Positions 28,401 through 41,476 of a stretch of DNA of 64,000 nucleotides are shown in pieces. The first letter of the stretch is position 1. The number at the start of each line of letters is the position of its first letter. The position numbers and the translations under genes are program-made. The stretch is from Pristiophorus japonicus (lineage: Eukaryota). The stretch is from positions 130,758,001 through 130,822,000 of the forward strand of contig NC_091980.1 of the NCBI RefSeq assembly GCF_044704955.1, read 5' to 3'. Under the pieces are notes generated by a model. That model had not been told where the DNA came from. It saw nothing but the letters and a program-made list of their open reading frames with translations, and ran no database searches.

Positions 28401-29122
28401 ACTAAAGTCCTCTTAATTCAGGCTCAGGCTAGGTGTTTGAGATATTGGACTGTCTCCTCGTGTTGATCTTCCAGCATCCACCTTCCGCACCGTTATAAAA
28501 TTTTGTTTAAGGTATACTCACCCGGTTTCTCCAAGAGCACCACTGTTAGCGTGAATGTTTTCTCAGAAGAATCACTCAACACTGAGTCGGTTCCAACGCC
28601 AATGCGGCCTTTATTTTTGCATGCAGGAAGGAAGCCTCAGGATTAGATCCAGGCACTTCTCTCCGACGAATAAAGAAACTCATCGATATTTAGGTTTTAC
28701 AATAGTTCTTTGCAGTTACTCAGCCCACCTCGGCTGGACACAATCCAATCATAACTATTATAGATTACATATAGGTTTCTTTAACCCAATAGAATTCCCC
28801 ATATATCTCAGGGGCTGTCTGTTCGGTTTTGTCAGCTCGGGATGATTAATTACTATGTGAGGCAGGATCTCCCCTTATCTCTGTTCCTCGGGGCTCGGCT
28901 GTGTGAAGTCACTGATTATACCAGTGTACTATAATGGTTCATTATAATTATCTTGTATCCAAGGCATTCCTGGTAGTGGGCCTCACTAGGTCATTGCTTG
29001 GTCAGCCCCAGTTCATTACTTGACTAATTGAGTACCCATCATGCCTGGGCAGCCATTTTATGTGTGGCCACTTTAAACGTATGAGTTTAGATACATTCAG
29101 CAGTTGCCTAATGCCTACAACA
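22410..29122 (-). mobile_element. Env-encoding, pol-less LTR element (non-autonomous endogenous-retrovirus-like) in intron 1 of copy C
   Basis: LTRs of about 600 bp at 22410-23023 and 28544-29122 (TGTTAGC...CAACA). Perfect 5-bp TSD cagta at 22405-22409 and 29123-29127. Purine-rich PPT on the - strand from 23024; PBS begins TGGTGC just inside the 5' LTR. Empty site visible in copy D intron 1 (tagccagca, about 45430). Confidence 0.92.
23180..25428 (-). pseudogene. env: Disrupted envelope / class I fusion glycoprotein gene
   Basis: ATG at 25428 with a signal-peptide-like MGPQW*LRLWGLMILGT. Then a Cys-rich surface part, furin site RIKR, fusion-peptide-like GIVNDVATGFNTGASVVNSIDI, a heptad repeat, a long Cys-rich ectodomain, a second heptad (LRELTLRVGQSVKLYHQLQTKINVL), a Trp-rich WWRKVWDW segment and a hydrophobic anchor (IQIISHIPVGIQLILVVTW). 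Broken into ORFs 24805-25392, 24558-24836, 24039-24554 and 23180-23941. Confidence 0.85.
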
Positions 29123-29509
29123 CAGTAAAACTCAGCTAGTTTTTCTCTGTTTTTTATATACAATATGAATTCTGCACTGTGACTCGATCTCTAGTTTAGG
29201 AAGTTGCTTTGACTGCCAATACTGCCCCTCAACTAGCCTGTACAAAATGTATTTGGGTTAATAAAGTAGTATTATTGGAGCATGCTACTGGTGACCAGGG
29301 TATAAATCTTGTGGCAACTCCTTCTCTAATTTCCAGAGCTACAATGAATATAGGGTGCCAAGATTAAGGTTCCAGTTTTAAGCATGTTCAATCAAAGCTG
29401 AATTGGTGATTATGGAGTGATTCAGCACAGGAGGCCATTCAGTCCATTGTGCCTTGCTGAATGTTGGGTGGAGCGATACAACGGTTTCCATAGCCTGCAA
29501 ATTTTTCTA

Positions 29510-30912
29510 AATCACGCAAGAGGATGAGACTGGGGAATTAGTAATGGGCAACATAGAGATGGCAGAAAATCTGAACAAATATCTTGTATCTGTTTTGACA
29601 GTAGAGGACAGTAACAACATTCCAATGGTGGATAGTCAAGGGGCTATAGAGGGGAGGTACTTAATGCAATAACAATCACCTGATGAGTTAGGACTCAGTA
29701 AGATAATTGGGCTAAAGGCAGATAAATGTTCCTGATGGCTTGCATCCTAGGGACTTTAGAAGTAGTGGCAGGGATTGTGGATGCATTGATTGTAATTTAC
29801 CAAAATTCCCTGGATTCTGGGGAGGTCCCAGCAGATTGGAAAGCTGCAAATGTAATGCCCCTATTTTTTTTTTTTTAAAGTAGGAAATTATAGACCAGTT
29901 TGCCTAATATCTGATTGGAAAAATGTTGGAGTCCATTATTAACATAGCAGCAGGGACATTTGGAAAAGTAAAATTTGATCAGGTAGAGTCGGCATGGATT
30001 TGTGAAGGGGAAGTGGTGTTTGATATATTTGCTGGCATTCTTTGAGGATGTAACGAACAGGGTTGATGTGAACCAGTGGCTGTGGTGTATTTGGACTTCC
30101 AGAAGGCATTTGACAAGGTGCCACAAAATTACTGCACGATGAAAGTTCACAGGCTTTGGGGGTAATATACTAGCATGGATAGAGGATTGGCTAAAGAACT
30201 GAGTCGGGATAAATGGTTCATTCTCTGGTTGGCAACCAGTATCTAGTAGGGTGCTGCAGGGATCAGTGCTGGGACCCTAACTATTTACAATCTATATATT
30301 ACACTCTGTCCCTCCATCCAAGTCTGTAACGTAGCCTAGTTTGTTGTTCCTCCCAACTTTGTCAGTGATGTGTGAGAACACACATCTGCAAAAGGACATA
30401 GGCAGGCTAAGTGAGTGGGCAAAAATTTGACTGTTGGAAAGTGAGGTCATGCACTTTAGCAGAAAAAAAAAATCAGAGCAAATTTTTATTTAAATGGAGC
30501 AAGATTGCAAAGTGCCACAGTACAGCAGGAGTGGTGGGGGGTGAGGTGCCTCTATTCAATGGAATTCAGAAGAATGAGGTGATCTTATTGAAATGTATAA
30601 GACTGAGGGGGCTTGACTGAGTGGATACAGAGAGGATGTTCCCGCTGATCAGGGAGACTACAACTAGAGGCATGATCTTGGAATAAGGGGCTGCCCATAT
30701 AGAACTGAGAAATTTCTTGAGGGTTGTCAATCTGTGGAATTTGCTGCCTGAGCTGTGGAAAGCTGAGACATTGAATAAATTTAAGACTGTAATACAGTTT
30801 CTTAAATGCTAAGGGATTATGTGGGGATGAGTCCATGATCAGATCAGCCATAATATTAAATGGCGGAACAGGCTTGGAGTTGTAGGGTCTACTCTTGTTC
30901 ATATTTCTCATG
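29510..30912 (+). mobile_element. Decayed CR1 LINE in intron 1 of copy C (its 3' part is repeated at 1-352)
   Basis: DNA encoding ANV.P.F, LDFQKAFDKVPH and GVLQGSVLGP motifs, plus a CR1 3' end. Confidence 0.8.
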
Positions 30913-31621
30913 TTAAGTTGCCCTATGGCTGGAGCTGAAATTATCCAATGTCTTTACCAGGTTAGTTGAGTAGGTGCTAGTTTCCATAACTATACATACA
31001 AGTTCAGTGAGACTGAGCCCTTAAAGCAAGAAAAATGAGTGACTTCATGTACAGTGCCCATGATGATTGGTGTGCCATGGAATAATCAACTACTCTTCTG
31101 ATCCCTCCGCAGTCCTTCTACTTTGACCGGGATGATGTTGCCCTGCGTCACTTTGCTGAGTTCTTCAAGGAGCAGTCACATGAGGAATGTGAGCATGCTG
31201 AGAAACTGAAGGAATTCCAGAATCTGCGTGGAGGCCGAATCATCTTGGCAGACATCAAGGTTTGGCTCCATAAACGAGGGGCCTTCTGTTTGGCTCCCCT
31301 TAGACTGATTGTTCACAATACATTGTAAAGGAGTTGGTTACAATTTACAGCACAGGAAGCAGCCATTTGGACAAACTGGTCCATGCTGGTGATCAGCTTC
31401 AGATGTCGTCCTCCCACCTTGCTTTATCCAGCAACATATCGTTCTATTCCTTTTTCCCTCATGTACTTATTTAGTTTCCCCTCAAATACATTTATGCTAT
31501 TCACCTCATAAATTTGACACCGGTCGTTGACTCAATGCAGTAATTCAATATTCTAACACATTGGTTCATGGTAACCTAGACTTCTGATTGCAATTTTTTC
31601 ATCCTCAATTTCCTTCAATAC

Positions 31622-34600
31622 TGTCCTATTTCCAAACCTGTTTTTACTGCTTGTACTATTACATATGTGCCACCAGAGGGCACTGCAGTCAGACTTGCAG
31701 GTGACCTGCACAGGTGTGCCAGGCCCAGTATAAAAGGCAGGCCAACAGGTGTGATTCTCACCACTCGAGTTCCATTTATGTAAAGTCCTGTCCCCTTAGT
31801 ACAGATTCTCACAAGGCATGTAGTGAAGTCAAGGTCACTCTGGACCTGCACCTTTATTTCACAGCTCTGGAATGCTGCACTTGCTTGAGACCTGTGCTTG
31901 TATAACCTGTCTCTTGCAAGTGCACCCCTGGTGGTAAGGTATGCTGGTGGTTACAGGTCATATCTTATTAGTCATGTATAGTATGTTAGGATACAGTTAG
32001 AAAAAATAATGTAAGATACATGACATCACCCTCCCCAAGGTCTTATTGTCTTTATAGGTTCAGTCTCTCAGGTGGTCTACACTCTCTCGTGTGGAGCGTC
32101 TGAGTTGTGGTTCAGTTGTTTGCCTTGGTGTCTGTTTATCTTTGGGTGTGGTTGCTGGTATCTCACCTTGGCTGTCTGTTGCAATTGCGCTTTCCTCAGG
32201 TTGTTCCCTCTGTCCACCAAGTGTGATGCGAGTTCCACATTGTAGTCTGCCTCTGGTTCTGCATTGTTGTTGGTAAATCTGCTTTTTACTTGGTCTACAT
32301 GCCTCCGGCAGGTTTTGCCATTGTCCACTTGTACTACCAGTAGCCTGTTTCCTTCCTTGCCCATTACTGTCCCTGCAAGCCATTTGGGACCCCTGCCATA
32401 GTTTAGTACAAACACTTTGTCCGCTATCTCATTCCATCTCCCCCTCGAATTTCTGTCATGGTACTCAGTCAGCTTAAGCGCTTTGCCTCAAGAATTTCGT
32501 GGATGTCTGGGAGGATTAATGAGAGCCTTGATGAAATGGACTTTAAAAACAACAGTTGCGTGGGGGGGATCCCAGTCAGTGAGTGCGGACGAGATCTGTA
32601 TGCCAGCAGCAGTCGCAACAGGCGACCCTGCAGCGTGGGACCTTGGATTTTAAGCATGCCTTATTTAATGATTTGCAATGCTCTCTCCGCCTGGCCGTTG
32701 GAGGCCGGCTTGAACGGTGCTGTCTTGACGTGATTTATGCCATGGTCAATTATAAAACCTTGGAATTCTGTGCTGGTGAAGCACAGGCCATTGTCACTGA
32801 CAAATATGTCAGGGATTCCGTGCATTGCAAACATGGTTGCAAGGCTCTCCACAGTGGTGGAGGTTGTGCTCGAGTTTAAAATGGTGCATTCAATCCACTT
32901 TGAAAATGCATCTACAACTACGAGTAACATTTTGCCCATGAATGGGCCCGCATAGTCTACGTGCACCCGTGACCATGGTTTGGTAGGCCAGGGCCAGGGG
33001 CTCAGGGAAGCCTCCCTGGGGGCATTGCTGAGTTGGGAACAAATGGTGCACCTTCGGATGCAGAGCTCCAAGTCTGCGTCAATACCAGCCCACCAGACGT
33101 GGGATCTGGCTATAGCATTCAAAACGGTCCCTGGGTGCTTGCGGTGGAGCTCCCGGACAAATGCCTTTCTGCCTCGCAGAGGCAGTCTGCTTGTAGTGAT
33201 AGCTCATGCATGCACCTGTGAAAGGGTTTTAATTCCTCGGGGCAGGCATCGCAAACCTCTGCCCAGTCACTGGTTAGGACATATCTTTTTACTAAGGATA
33301 ATGTGGGGTCGCAGGCCATCGAGGCTCTGATTTGGCAAGCCGGCATGGGCAATCCTGTGGATTCAAAGCATTGATTGCCTTGACTATCTCTCAGTCCTGT
33401 TCGTGAGACCCTTCTGTGGTCACCAGGGGTAGCCTGCTGAGCGCGTCGGCACAGTTGTCTGTGCCTTATGGTATAGTCGTAGGACGCCAGTATGAGTGGC
33501 CACTGTTGAATTCGCGCTGAGACGTTGGCGTTTATTGCCTTTATCTTGGATAGGAGGGACGTGAGGGGCTTCTGGTCGGTTCCTAACGCGAACTTGAGCC
33601 CGAAAAGATATTGGTGCATCTTTTTGACACCGCACATGCACGCGAGCACCTCCTTCTCTACCATTCTGTACCCGTGCTCCACCCGCAAAAGTGACCTGGA
33701 GACATAAGCTATGGGTTGTAATTTGCCCGCACTATTGACCTGTTGCAAAACGCACCCAACCCCAATAGATGACGCATCGCATGTGAGAACTAACTTTTTA
33801 CTTGCGTCAAAGAAAGTCAAAACACTGTTGGAACACAAAGTTGTGTGCCTTATTGAGGGCAAGTTCCTGGGCATCCCCCCCCCCCCCCCCCCCCCCCCAC
33901 CAGAATCAATCGCACCCCTTCCTGAGTAGCACGTGGAGAGGCTCCAGCAGCGTGCTTAAGTTCTGCATAAAGTTCCCAAAATAATTGAGTAGCCCGAGAA
34001 AGGCATGCAGTTCTGAGACATTCTGGGGCCTGGGTGCCAGGCGAATTGCTTCTGTATTGGACTCTCTTGGGCGGATTCCATCAGCAGCCTGATCCTTCTG
34101 CCCAAAAATTCAACCTCTGGTGAGAAACAGGCACTTGAATTTCTTGACTCATCTGCCTACCCGATCCAACCGCTTTAATATTTCCTCCATATTAGAGATG
34201 GGAGTCTGTCCCTACCAGTGATTAATATGTCGTCTTGAAATACAACTGTCCCCGGGATGGACTTGAGCAGACACTCCATGTTGCGCTGGAATATGGCAGC
34301 TGCTGACCTGATGCCGAATGGGCATCGATTGTACATGAAAAGGCCTCTGTTGATGGTGGTGAGTAGCTTGGATTCCTCGGTCAATTCTTGTCATATATGC
34401 AGATGTGAGGTCTAGTTTTGAGATGTTTACCTCCAGCCAATGTGGCAAATAAGTCCTCCGCTCTGGGCAGCGGGTACTGGTCCTGTTGGGAGACTCTGTT
34501 CATGGTCGATTTGTAGTCCCCACAGATTCGTATGGATCCATCAGGCTTCATGACTGGGACAATGGGACTTGCCCAGTCACTAAATTCCACAGGTGATATA

Positions 34601-36480
34601 ATGCCTTCCCGCAGAAGCCTGTCTAGTTCGTGTTCCATCTTTTCCCTCATCACATAGGGTACAACTCTGGCCTTGTGATGGACCGGTCTACCATCCTGTG
34701 TGATGTAGATTTTGACTTTGGCCCCTTTGAACGTGCCCACACCTGGCTGAAAGTGATGTTCAAATCACTTTATAACTGAGCAGGAGGTCCGTCCCTCTAA
34801 TGATATGGCATGGACATCATTCCATTTCCAGTTTCGTTTTGCCAGCCAGCTTCTCCCCAGCATTGCAGGGGGGGGGTCCTCCAAGGACAATCCACAGGGG
34901 AAGTTGGTTCACTGTCCCTTTGTGTGTGACAGATCATGGCGCTGCCAAGGACTGGTATGATTTCTTTGGTATAGGTCCTTAGCTTGGTGTCGAACCTTGA
35001 GTTTTGGTCTTTTTTTTAATGCGGCCACAGTTGTTGAAATTGTTGTGTGCCCGTGAGATTGATTCGCTCCTGTATCCAGCTCCATGTTGACAGGTATCCT
35101 GTTGAGTAGGACCTTCATTATAGGAGGTGTCCTGTTGTAGGAGCAGCAGCCATTGATCGTGTTGACCCGCTGCACATCAGTGTCCCGGGTACTGTCCCCA
35201 CCGTCTTCTGGTCTGCTTTCCGACCCATATGATTCGTATATCAGTCGAGCTGTTTTTTTTGCACATGTGGGCCAAATGCCCTATATTTTCACAGTTCCTG
35301 CAAACAGCCTGCTGAAATCAACAACCCCTTGACGAGTGCCCACCCTCACCTCCAGCACAGACTGCTTCCATTGTTCCCCAAAGAATGAGCTGTGTCTGGC
35401 TGATCTCTTGAGCTTCTCCTCAGTTTGTCGTTGTTTGTTCGCATTGTGGATTGATGAGGTGTGAACAGCCGTTTCTGTGGCCCTTGATGGTTTCTGGTGC
35501 CACTGCCTGCTGTCGAGAGCTTGTTCTCCCGGTTTTGTCTGTGGGGGTAGCAGCTTGTTTACTGTTGTGACCAACTTGTTTTGATATTTCGTTAGTTGTC
35601 GTACCTGCATTGTAAATCAACCTCGTTTCTTCTTCCCCCTACCAAGAATGTCTGTGCAACCAGTGCTGCTGCCTCTAAGGTCAGGTTCTTGGTCTCGATG
35701 AGCTTTCAGAATATGCCTGCATGGCCTATTCCTTCAGTGAAAGTCTCAGCATTTCTCTCCTCAGTTCATCGGAGAACTCACAAACGAGCCAACCTCAAGT
35801 TCCGCCACGAAGTCGGGTATGCTCTGGCCCACACAGCATCTGTAGTTGGAGAACCTGTGTCTGGCCATGTGCAGGCTGCTCGCTGGCTTCAGGTGGTCTC
35901 ACCAGTGTGCTCAATTCTTCAAATGACTTGCTTGCTGGTTTCTCGGGTGCCAGCAGATTCTTCATAAAAGCGTATGTTTTCGAGCCACAGCTGGTCAAGA
36001 GATGGGCTCTTGTTTGCTTTGTCGTCTCCTAACCAGTCTTTGGTTACAAAGCATTGCTGGAGCCTTTCTGTAAATTCCTCCCAATTGTCTCCAGCATTGT
36101 ACTTTTCATCTGATCCGTTCGCCATTCTGTGGATTCTGTAATCCCGTAACTTATCACCACTATAGTCCTGTCCCCTCAGTACAGACTAACACGAGGCATG
36201 TCATGAAGTCCAGGTCACTCTGGACCTGTACCTTTATTTCACAGCTCTGGAATGCTGCACTTGCCTGAGACCTGTTCTTGTATACCTGTCTCTTGAAAGT
36301 GCACCCCTGGTGGTAAGGTATGCTGGTGGTTACAGGTCATCTTATTATTCATGTATAGCATGTTAGGATACAGTTATATATAATGTAAGATACATGACAC
36401 ATAAAATGGACTAAGGTCACTACAGTTAATGTACAATACATTGCCTCGTGGAGTCATTATCAGAGCATCTAAAGACACAA
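31622..36480 (+). mobile_element. Duplicate of the split solo LTR
   Basis: aatac direct repeats at 31617-31621 and 36481-36485. Confidence 0.75.
31779..36399 (-). mobile_element. Duplicate of the same Gypsy insertion, in intron 2 of copy C
   Basis: LTRs at 31779-32025 and 36161-36399. Protease LDTGA (34909-35175), RT FQDD (34175-34740), RNase H (33119-33874), integrase (32661-33122). Same insertion site as in copy A. Confidence 0.95.
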
Positions 36481-36853
36481 AATACTTGTTTTGTTTTAAT
36501 CTGACTTTCCTCTTCAGAAACCAGAGCAGGATGAGTGGAGCAATGGTCTGGAGGTCATGCAGAGAGCTCTGTAAATGGAGAAGAATGTGAACCAGAGTCT
36601 GTTGGATCTGCACAAACTCTCCACTGGGAGCACTGACCCTCATGTAAGTTCCTAATGCTTCAATGTGGGCTTTTGGGTAAGTTGCTGTCCTTGAACTTAA
36701 TTTAAAAAGATCTCTGTGCCCAATAGCTTTGTGTTGGTCTATTTTTGGGGGTAGATATTGTAAATTAGTCTGATCCCAGCACCTTTTTGTATAGCAAGTT
36801 TTCATCTAAATGATGCAGTAATTACATTGCACCAATTTCAATTGCACCACTGA

Positions 36854-37111
<258 letters not shown>

Positions 37112-37674
37112 TAAAGCTTCTGATCAGTACTCATGTTTATACAATGTGTGTGAGACTCTGTCCTACATAGAATGGTGGCTTTGTGCAGGCTGAGACCTGG
37201 GCTCTTGATGTGAAATGTAATCAACTGTAAATAAACTGTTCAATATTGAGCTGGGTTTTATCTCCTTGCAATTAGTGGTTGCTTATTTTCCATTTACCAT
37301 AACTTGTTTGCAGCACAAGTATTGCACTCGGTTATGCAACAATCATACATTGGCCTCCTGTGCTGTAACCACTCAGCCTGTTGAGCCTCTGCTGGCTCTC
37401 CAAGAGCACTTCGGCTCATCCTACTCCCTTGCATTTTCCTTCATGGACTTGTTCAATCCTATGATTAAAACTGGCTTCACCACCCCCTCGGGCAGTGCAA
37501 TCCAGATATTATCCGCTCACTGCATAAAAGTTTATCCTCGTGTCAGCTGTAGTTCTTCTGCCAATTGTCTTAAATTTGTGTCTGCTGGTTCTCGTCCCTG
37601 CTGTCAGTGCAAACAGTCCTATAATTTTTCACTTTGCTGGAATAATTTCAATATATTGACATTCCTATTCACAA

Positions 37675-39625
37675 AAAACATAAATCGGAGCAGTAGTAAC
37701 CCATTTGGTCATGTGAAGCCTGCACCGCCATTCAATATGATCATTACTGATCCTTTACCACCACCATGTTCATGCTTTTACCCCATAGCCCTTGATGCCT
37801 TTTTGTATCAAGATATCTCATATCCTTCTTAAATATATTCAGCAATTGGGCTCCACTGCCTTCTGTAGTCAACAGTTCCCCAGCTTCCCCATCCTGAGTG
37901 AAAACATTTCTCATCTCACGCTAAATTTCCTACCTCGTATCCTGAGCCTGTGACCTTTTATTCTCAACTTCCCAGCCAGGGGGTACTTCCTCCCCACATC
38001 CAGTCTCTCCAAACCAGTCCGAATTTTATGATTCATTAAGATCCCCTTTCACTCTTCTGGTGAATACAGGCCTGGTCAAACCATTCTCTCTTCACACGAC
38101 AATCTTTCCATCCAAGGAATCAGTCTGGTGGAACTTTGCTGCGCTCTTTCTTGGTGAAAGAGACTCAAAACTGTGCACAATACACCAGGTGTCATTTCAC
38201 CAAGGCCATGTATAATTGTTGTAAGACATCCTTGCTCCTGTACAGTGGGAAAAAATTGAAAATATTACATTTGGTTTCTTCCTCCAAATCTATTTATATA
38301 TCTGACTAGCTGGGGCCTAGGCATTGATCCCTGTGGTATCCCACTCGTCACTGCCCACCACCCAGGAAAAGACCTGTTTATTCTGACTTTTTTCAATCAA
38401 TTAACCAATTTTCAATCCATGGCAGTATATTACCCCCAATCCTATGTGCTTTAATTTTGCTCACTAACCTCTTGTGGGACTTTATCAAAGGCCTTCTGAC
38501 AATCCAAATACACTAAATCCACTTGTTCTCCCTTATCTAATCTCAGTTACATCCTCAAAAAAAAAAAAACTCCAGTCGGTTTGTGTCACCATTTTCGTTT
38601 CATAAATCCATATTGACTTTGTCTAATCGTGTTGATATTGTCTGTGTCCCTTTATCACATTCTACTAATGTTAGGCTAACCGGGCTGCAGTTACCTGTTT
38701 TCTTTCTCCTTCCTTTTTAAAATAGTGGGGTTACATTTGCCACCCTCCATTCTGTGGCAACTGTTCCATAATCTGTAGAAATTTGGAAGATGATAACCAA
38801 TGCATCCACTATTTCCATGACTACCACTTTTAGTTCTCTAGGATGCAGATTATCAGGCCCTGGGGATTTATCAGCTTTCAGTCCCATTAGTTTCTCCAGC
38901 ACTATTTTCTTACTAATAATCATTCCCTTTAATTTCTCTTGCTCACTAGACCTTTAGTTCCCTAGCATTTCTGGGATGTTAATTTGTGTCCTCTTCTGTG
39001 AAGACAGAACCAAAGTATTTAATTGTTCTGCCATTTCCTTGTTCCCCATTATAATTTATCCCATTTGTGACTGAAAAGGACCTACATTTGTCTCATTTTT
39101 CTTTTTACATAATGGGAGAAATGTTTAGTCGGTTTTTATGATCTTTGCAAGTTTAGTCTCATACACTATTTTCCCCCTCTTAAACAATCTCTTGGTCCTT
39201 TTTTGCTGCATACTAAACTGCTCCCAATCCTCAGGATTGCTGCTTGTTCTGGCAACTTTGTATGACTCCTCTTTGGATCTAATATTATCCTTAATTTCTT
39301 GTGTAAATCATGGTTGGGCCACTTTTCATTTTGTGTTTTTGCAGCAGAAAGGAATGTATAATTGTTGCGATTCATGCATTCGTTCCTTAAATGTTAGCCA
39401 TTGACTATCCACCATCATGCCTTTTAATGAATCTTCCCAATATGTCATAGCCATTCCTCATACCTTTGTTTAGATTTAGGACCTAGTTTTGGATTGGACA
39501 ACTTCACTTTCAATCTTCATGAAAAATTCAAGAATGTTATGATCATTCTTCCCTAAAGGACCCCACGCAAACACTATTAATTAATCCCTTCTCATTGCAT
39601 AATACCAATCTATGATAGGTATTCA
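37675..39625 (-). mobile_element. Duplicate decayed CR1 LINE
   Basis: Paralogous to 7128-9085; ORF 38717-38923. Confidence 0.8.
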
Positions 39626-40194
39626 GACATGTTGAAGACCTAATTTCAATTGTATATGTAATGTCTCAAAAATCTCGTTACTGTAAACTCACTCAGGTGC
39701 AACATCATCCATCTTTATTCCAGCCCAAGAGTGCCAGCGTGACAAAGACACCCAACTTACATACAGGTGATCAAACACACATGCCACGTGTGTACAGCCC
39801 GACGACCTCCGACTGTGGCACCCTCTGGTGTCTTGTGACCCCCACGCATTAATACATAAGAGAATATCTTGCAAATTCTATTCATGCTTTTCAATCTAGC
39901 ATTGCAATGCTGCAATACAACAGTTGAAAATGTTCACGTTTGTTCAGCCACATAAGGCAGTGGGACCACAGGTAAATGTTAGTGTCTTAAAGGAGGTAGA
40001 GAGGTTTACATAACATGCATATGTCATTTGGCACCTCGAGCCTGCACCACCATTCAATAAAACAACGGCTGGTCTGATCTTGGTCTCAACACTTTCCTGC
40101 CTGTTCCCCATAACCCTTGACTCACCTATTGTTCAAAAATCTATCTACCTCCACCTTAAATTTATTCAATGACCCTGCCTCCACACACACACTC

Positions 40195-40535
40195 ACACAG
40201 TACTGAGGGAGTGCCGCACTTTCAGAGGGGAAGTGCTGAGGGAGCGTTGCACTGTCAGAGGGGCAGTACTTAGGGATTGCTGCACTGTCGAAGGTGCTGT
40301 CTTTAAGATGAAATGCTTGACTTTCTGCTCTCTTAGGTAGACGTAAAAGATCTCAGGATGCTATTTCAAAGAAGCGGAGGGGGAGTTCTCTCCAGTGCCC
40401 TTGACAATATTTATCCCGCAACCAAAACAGATTCTCTGGTCATTAACACACTGCTGAACTTGATTGGTTGTAAAGAGCTTTGAGACATCCTGAGGCCATG
40501 AAAGGGCTATATAAATGGAATTATTTCTTCTTTCT
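40195..40535 (+). mobile_element. Deu-domain SINE remnant (3 minisatellite units followed by SINE body); a reverse fragment of the same family is at about 12140-12360 and 52545-52765
   Basis: gtactgagggagtg...ctgtcgaaggtgctgtcttt..gatga resembles the DeuSINE central domain as I recall it; not searched. Confidence 0.55.
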
Positions 40536-40914
40536 AAGAGGATAAACGTTCCCAAGGCTGCCACAATTAAGTCCAGGTGCAAGGAGATATTCTTTTTGGA
40601 CTTCAGTCCATTTCATTGCTTGTAAAATGTCAAGGTAACATAAGAGCTCAAAATCCCACGGTCCATGCCACATTCTAGCTCCTGTGTGTACAGGTGATCA
40701 CTAAACTTGGAAGTGATGGAGTATCTGAGCACTTGAGCTTGTCAAATTCCTCACACGCACTGTCCATTCACCTGACCCGCTGCCGGTTGCGTTGCAACAT
40801 CACTGCACTGTCTTTGGATGTTGCATCCACAGATACCTGAAAATGACCAACCCACTGAACCACACAGAACTATTAAAAAGACACTGACTCGCACACAACG
40901 GAAGATTCAAGTAA

Positions 40915-41233
40915 CCTGGGCAAGAGGCCGTCAAGAGGACTGGCCAGCGGGCATTCCAGGTGGTCATTCGGCCCGACAACCCGCCTCTCTTCCGTGGCTA
41001 CATTTGCGCCTGGGTGTCCCTGGAGATGGAGCATGTGGTGTCCATCGGCACGCTCGCAGCCTTCTGTGAGAGGAGGGACTGGAGTGCATCATCACCCCGG
41101 GTATAGAATTTTAATTTAATTTGTTAAGTTTCTTTTAACATCTTTTGTGAAGTTGCAGTCTTTATTGGTTGTGCCTCTTTAAAAAACGGCCCATGCTTAA
41201 CTTTAAATTGACAATTGCTGCTGACAAAAAGAG
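40915..41233 (+). mobile_element. 3' end of a different L1/Tx1-like LINE subfamily upstream of promoter D
   Basis: Degenerate reading PLFRGYICAWVSLEMEHVVSIG, homologous to but divergent from 20840-21183; ends AAAAAGAG. Confidence 0.5.
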
Positions 41234-41299
41234 TCAGTTAATGATGCTCATTCTTCAAAGTTCATGACTGGCTCTGGGAGTCATGGCCCCTCCTCCCTT

Positions 41300-41402
41300 T
41301 ACTTGATTGGTGCTCTGACAGAGGCTGCAACTTGTGATTGGGTATTGAGGAATGTCACTCACAGCTAGACTGTCCCACCCTGGATTATCCAGCAGTATAA
41401 AG
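41300..41402 (+). promoter_or_regulatory. Core promoter of ferritin D
   Basis: TATAAAA at 41396-41402 and two gattgg motifs upstream. Confidence 0.65.
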
Positions 41403-41436
41403 ACAGGAGTTTGAAATTAGCTAACTCTCAGCTTCT

Positions 41437-41455
41437 TGCTTTAACAAGGCTTAGA
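41437..41455 (+). promoter_or_regulatory. Degenerate iron-responsive element in the 5'UTR of copy D
   Basis: TGC-TTTAA-CAAGGC-TTAGA, compared with the canonical ferritin H IRE TGC-TTCAA-CAGTGC-TTGGA. Confidence 0.7.
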
Positions 41456-41476
41456 TTTTTGGAAAAGCAAATTAGG

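Noticed and set aside
28522-28542. Assignment of the env element's PBS to a specific tRNA
   Set aside because: TGGTGC fits His, Phe or Gly tRNA 3' ends, and the following bases match none convincingly by eye.
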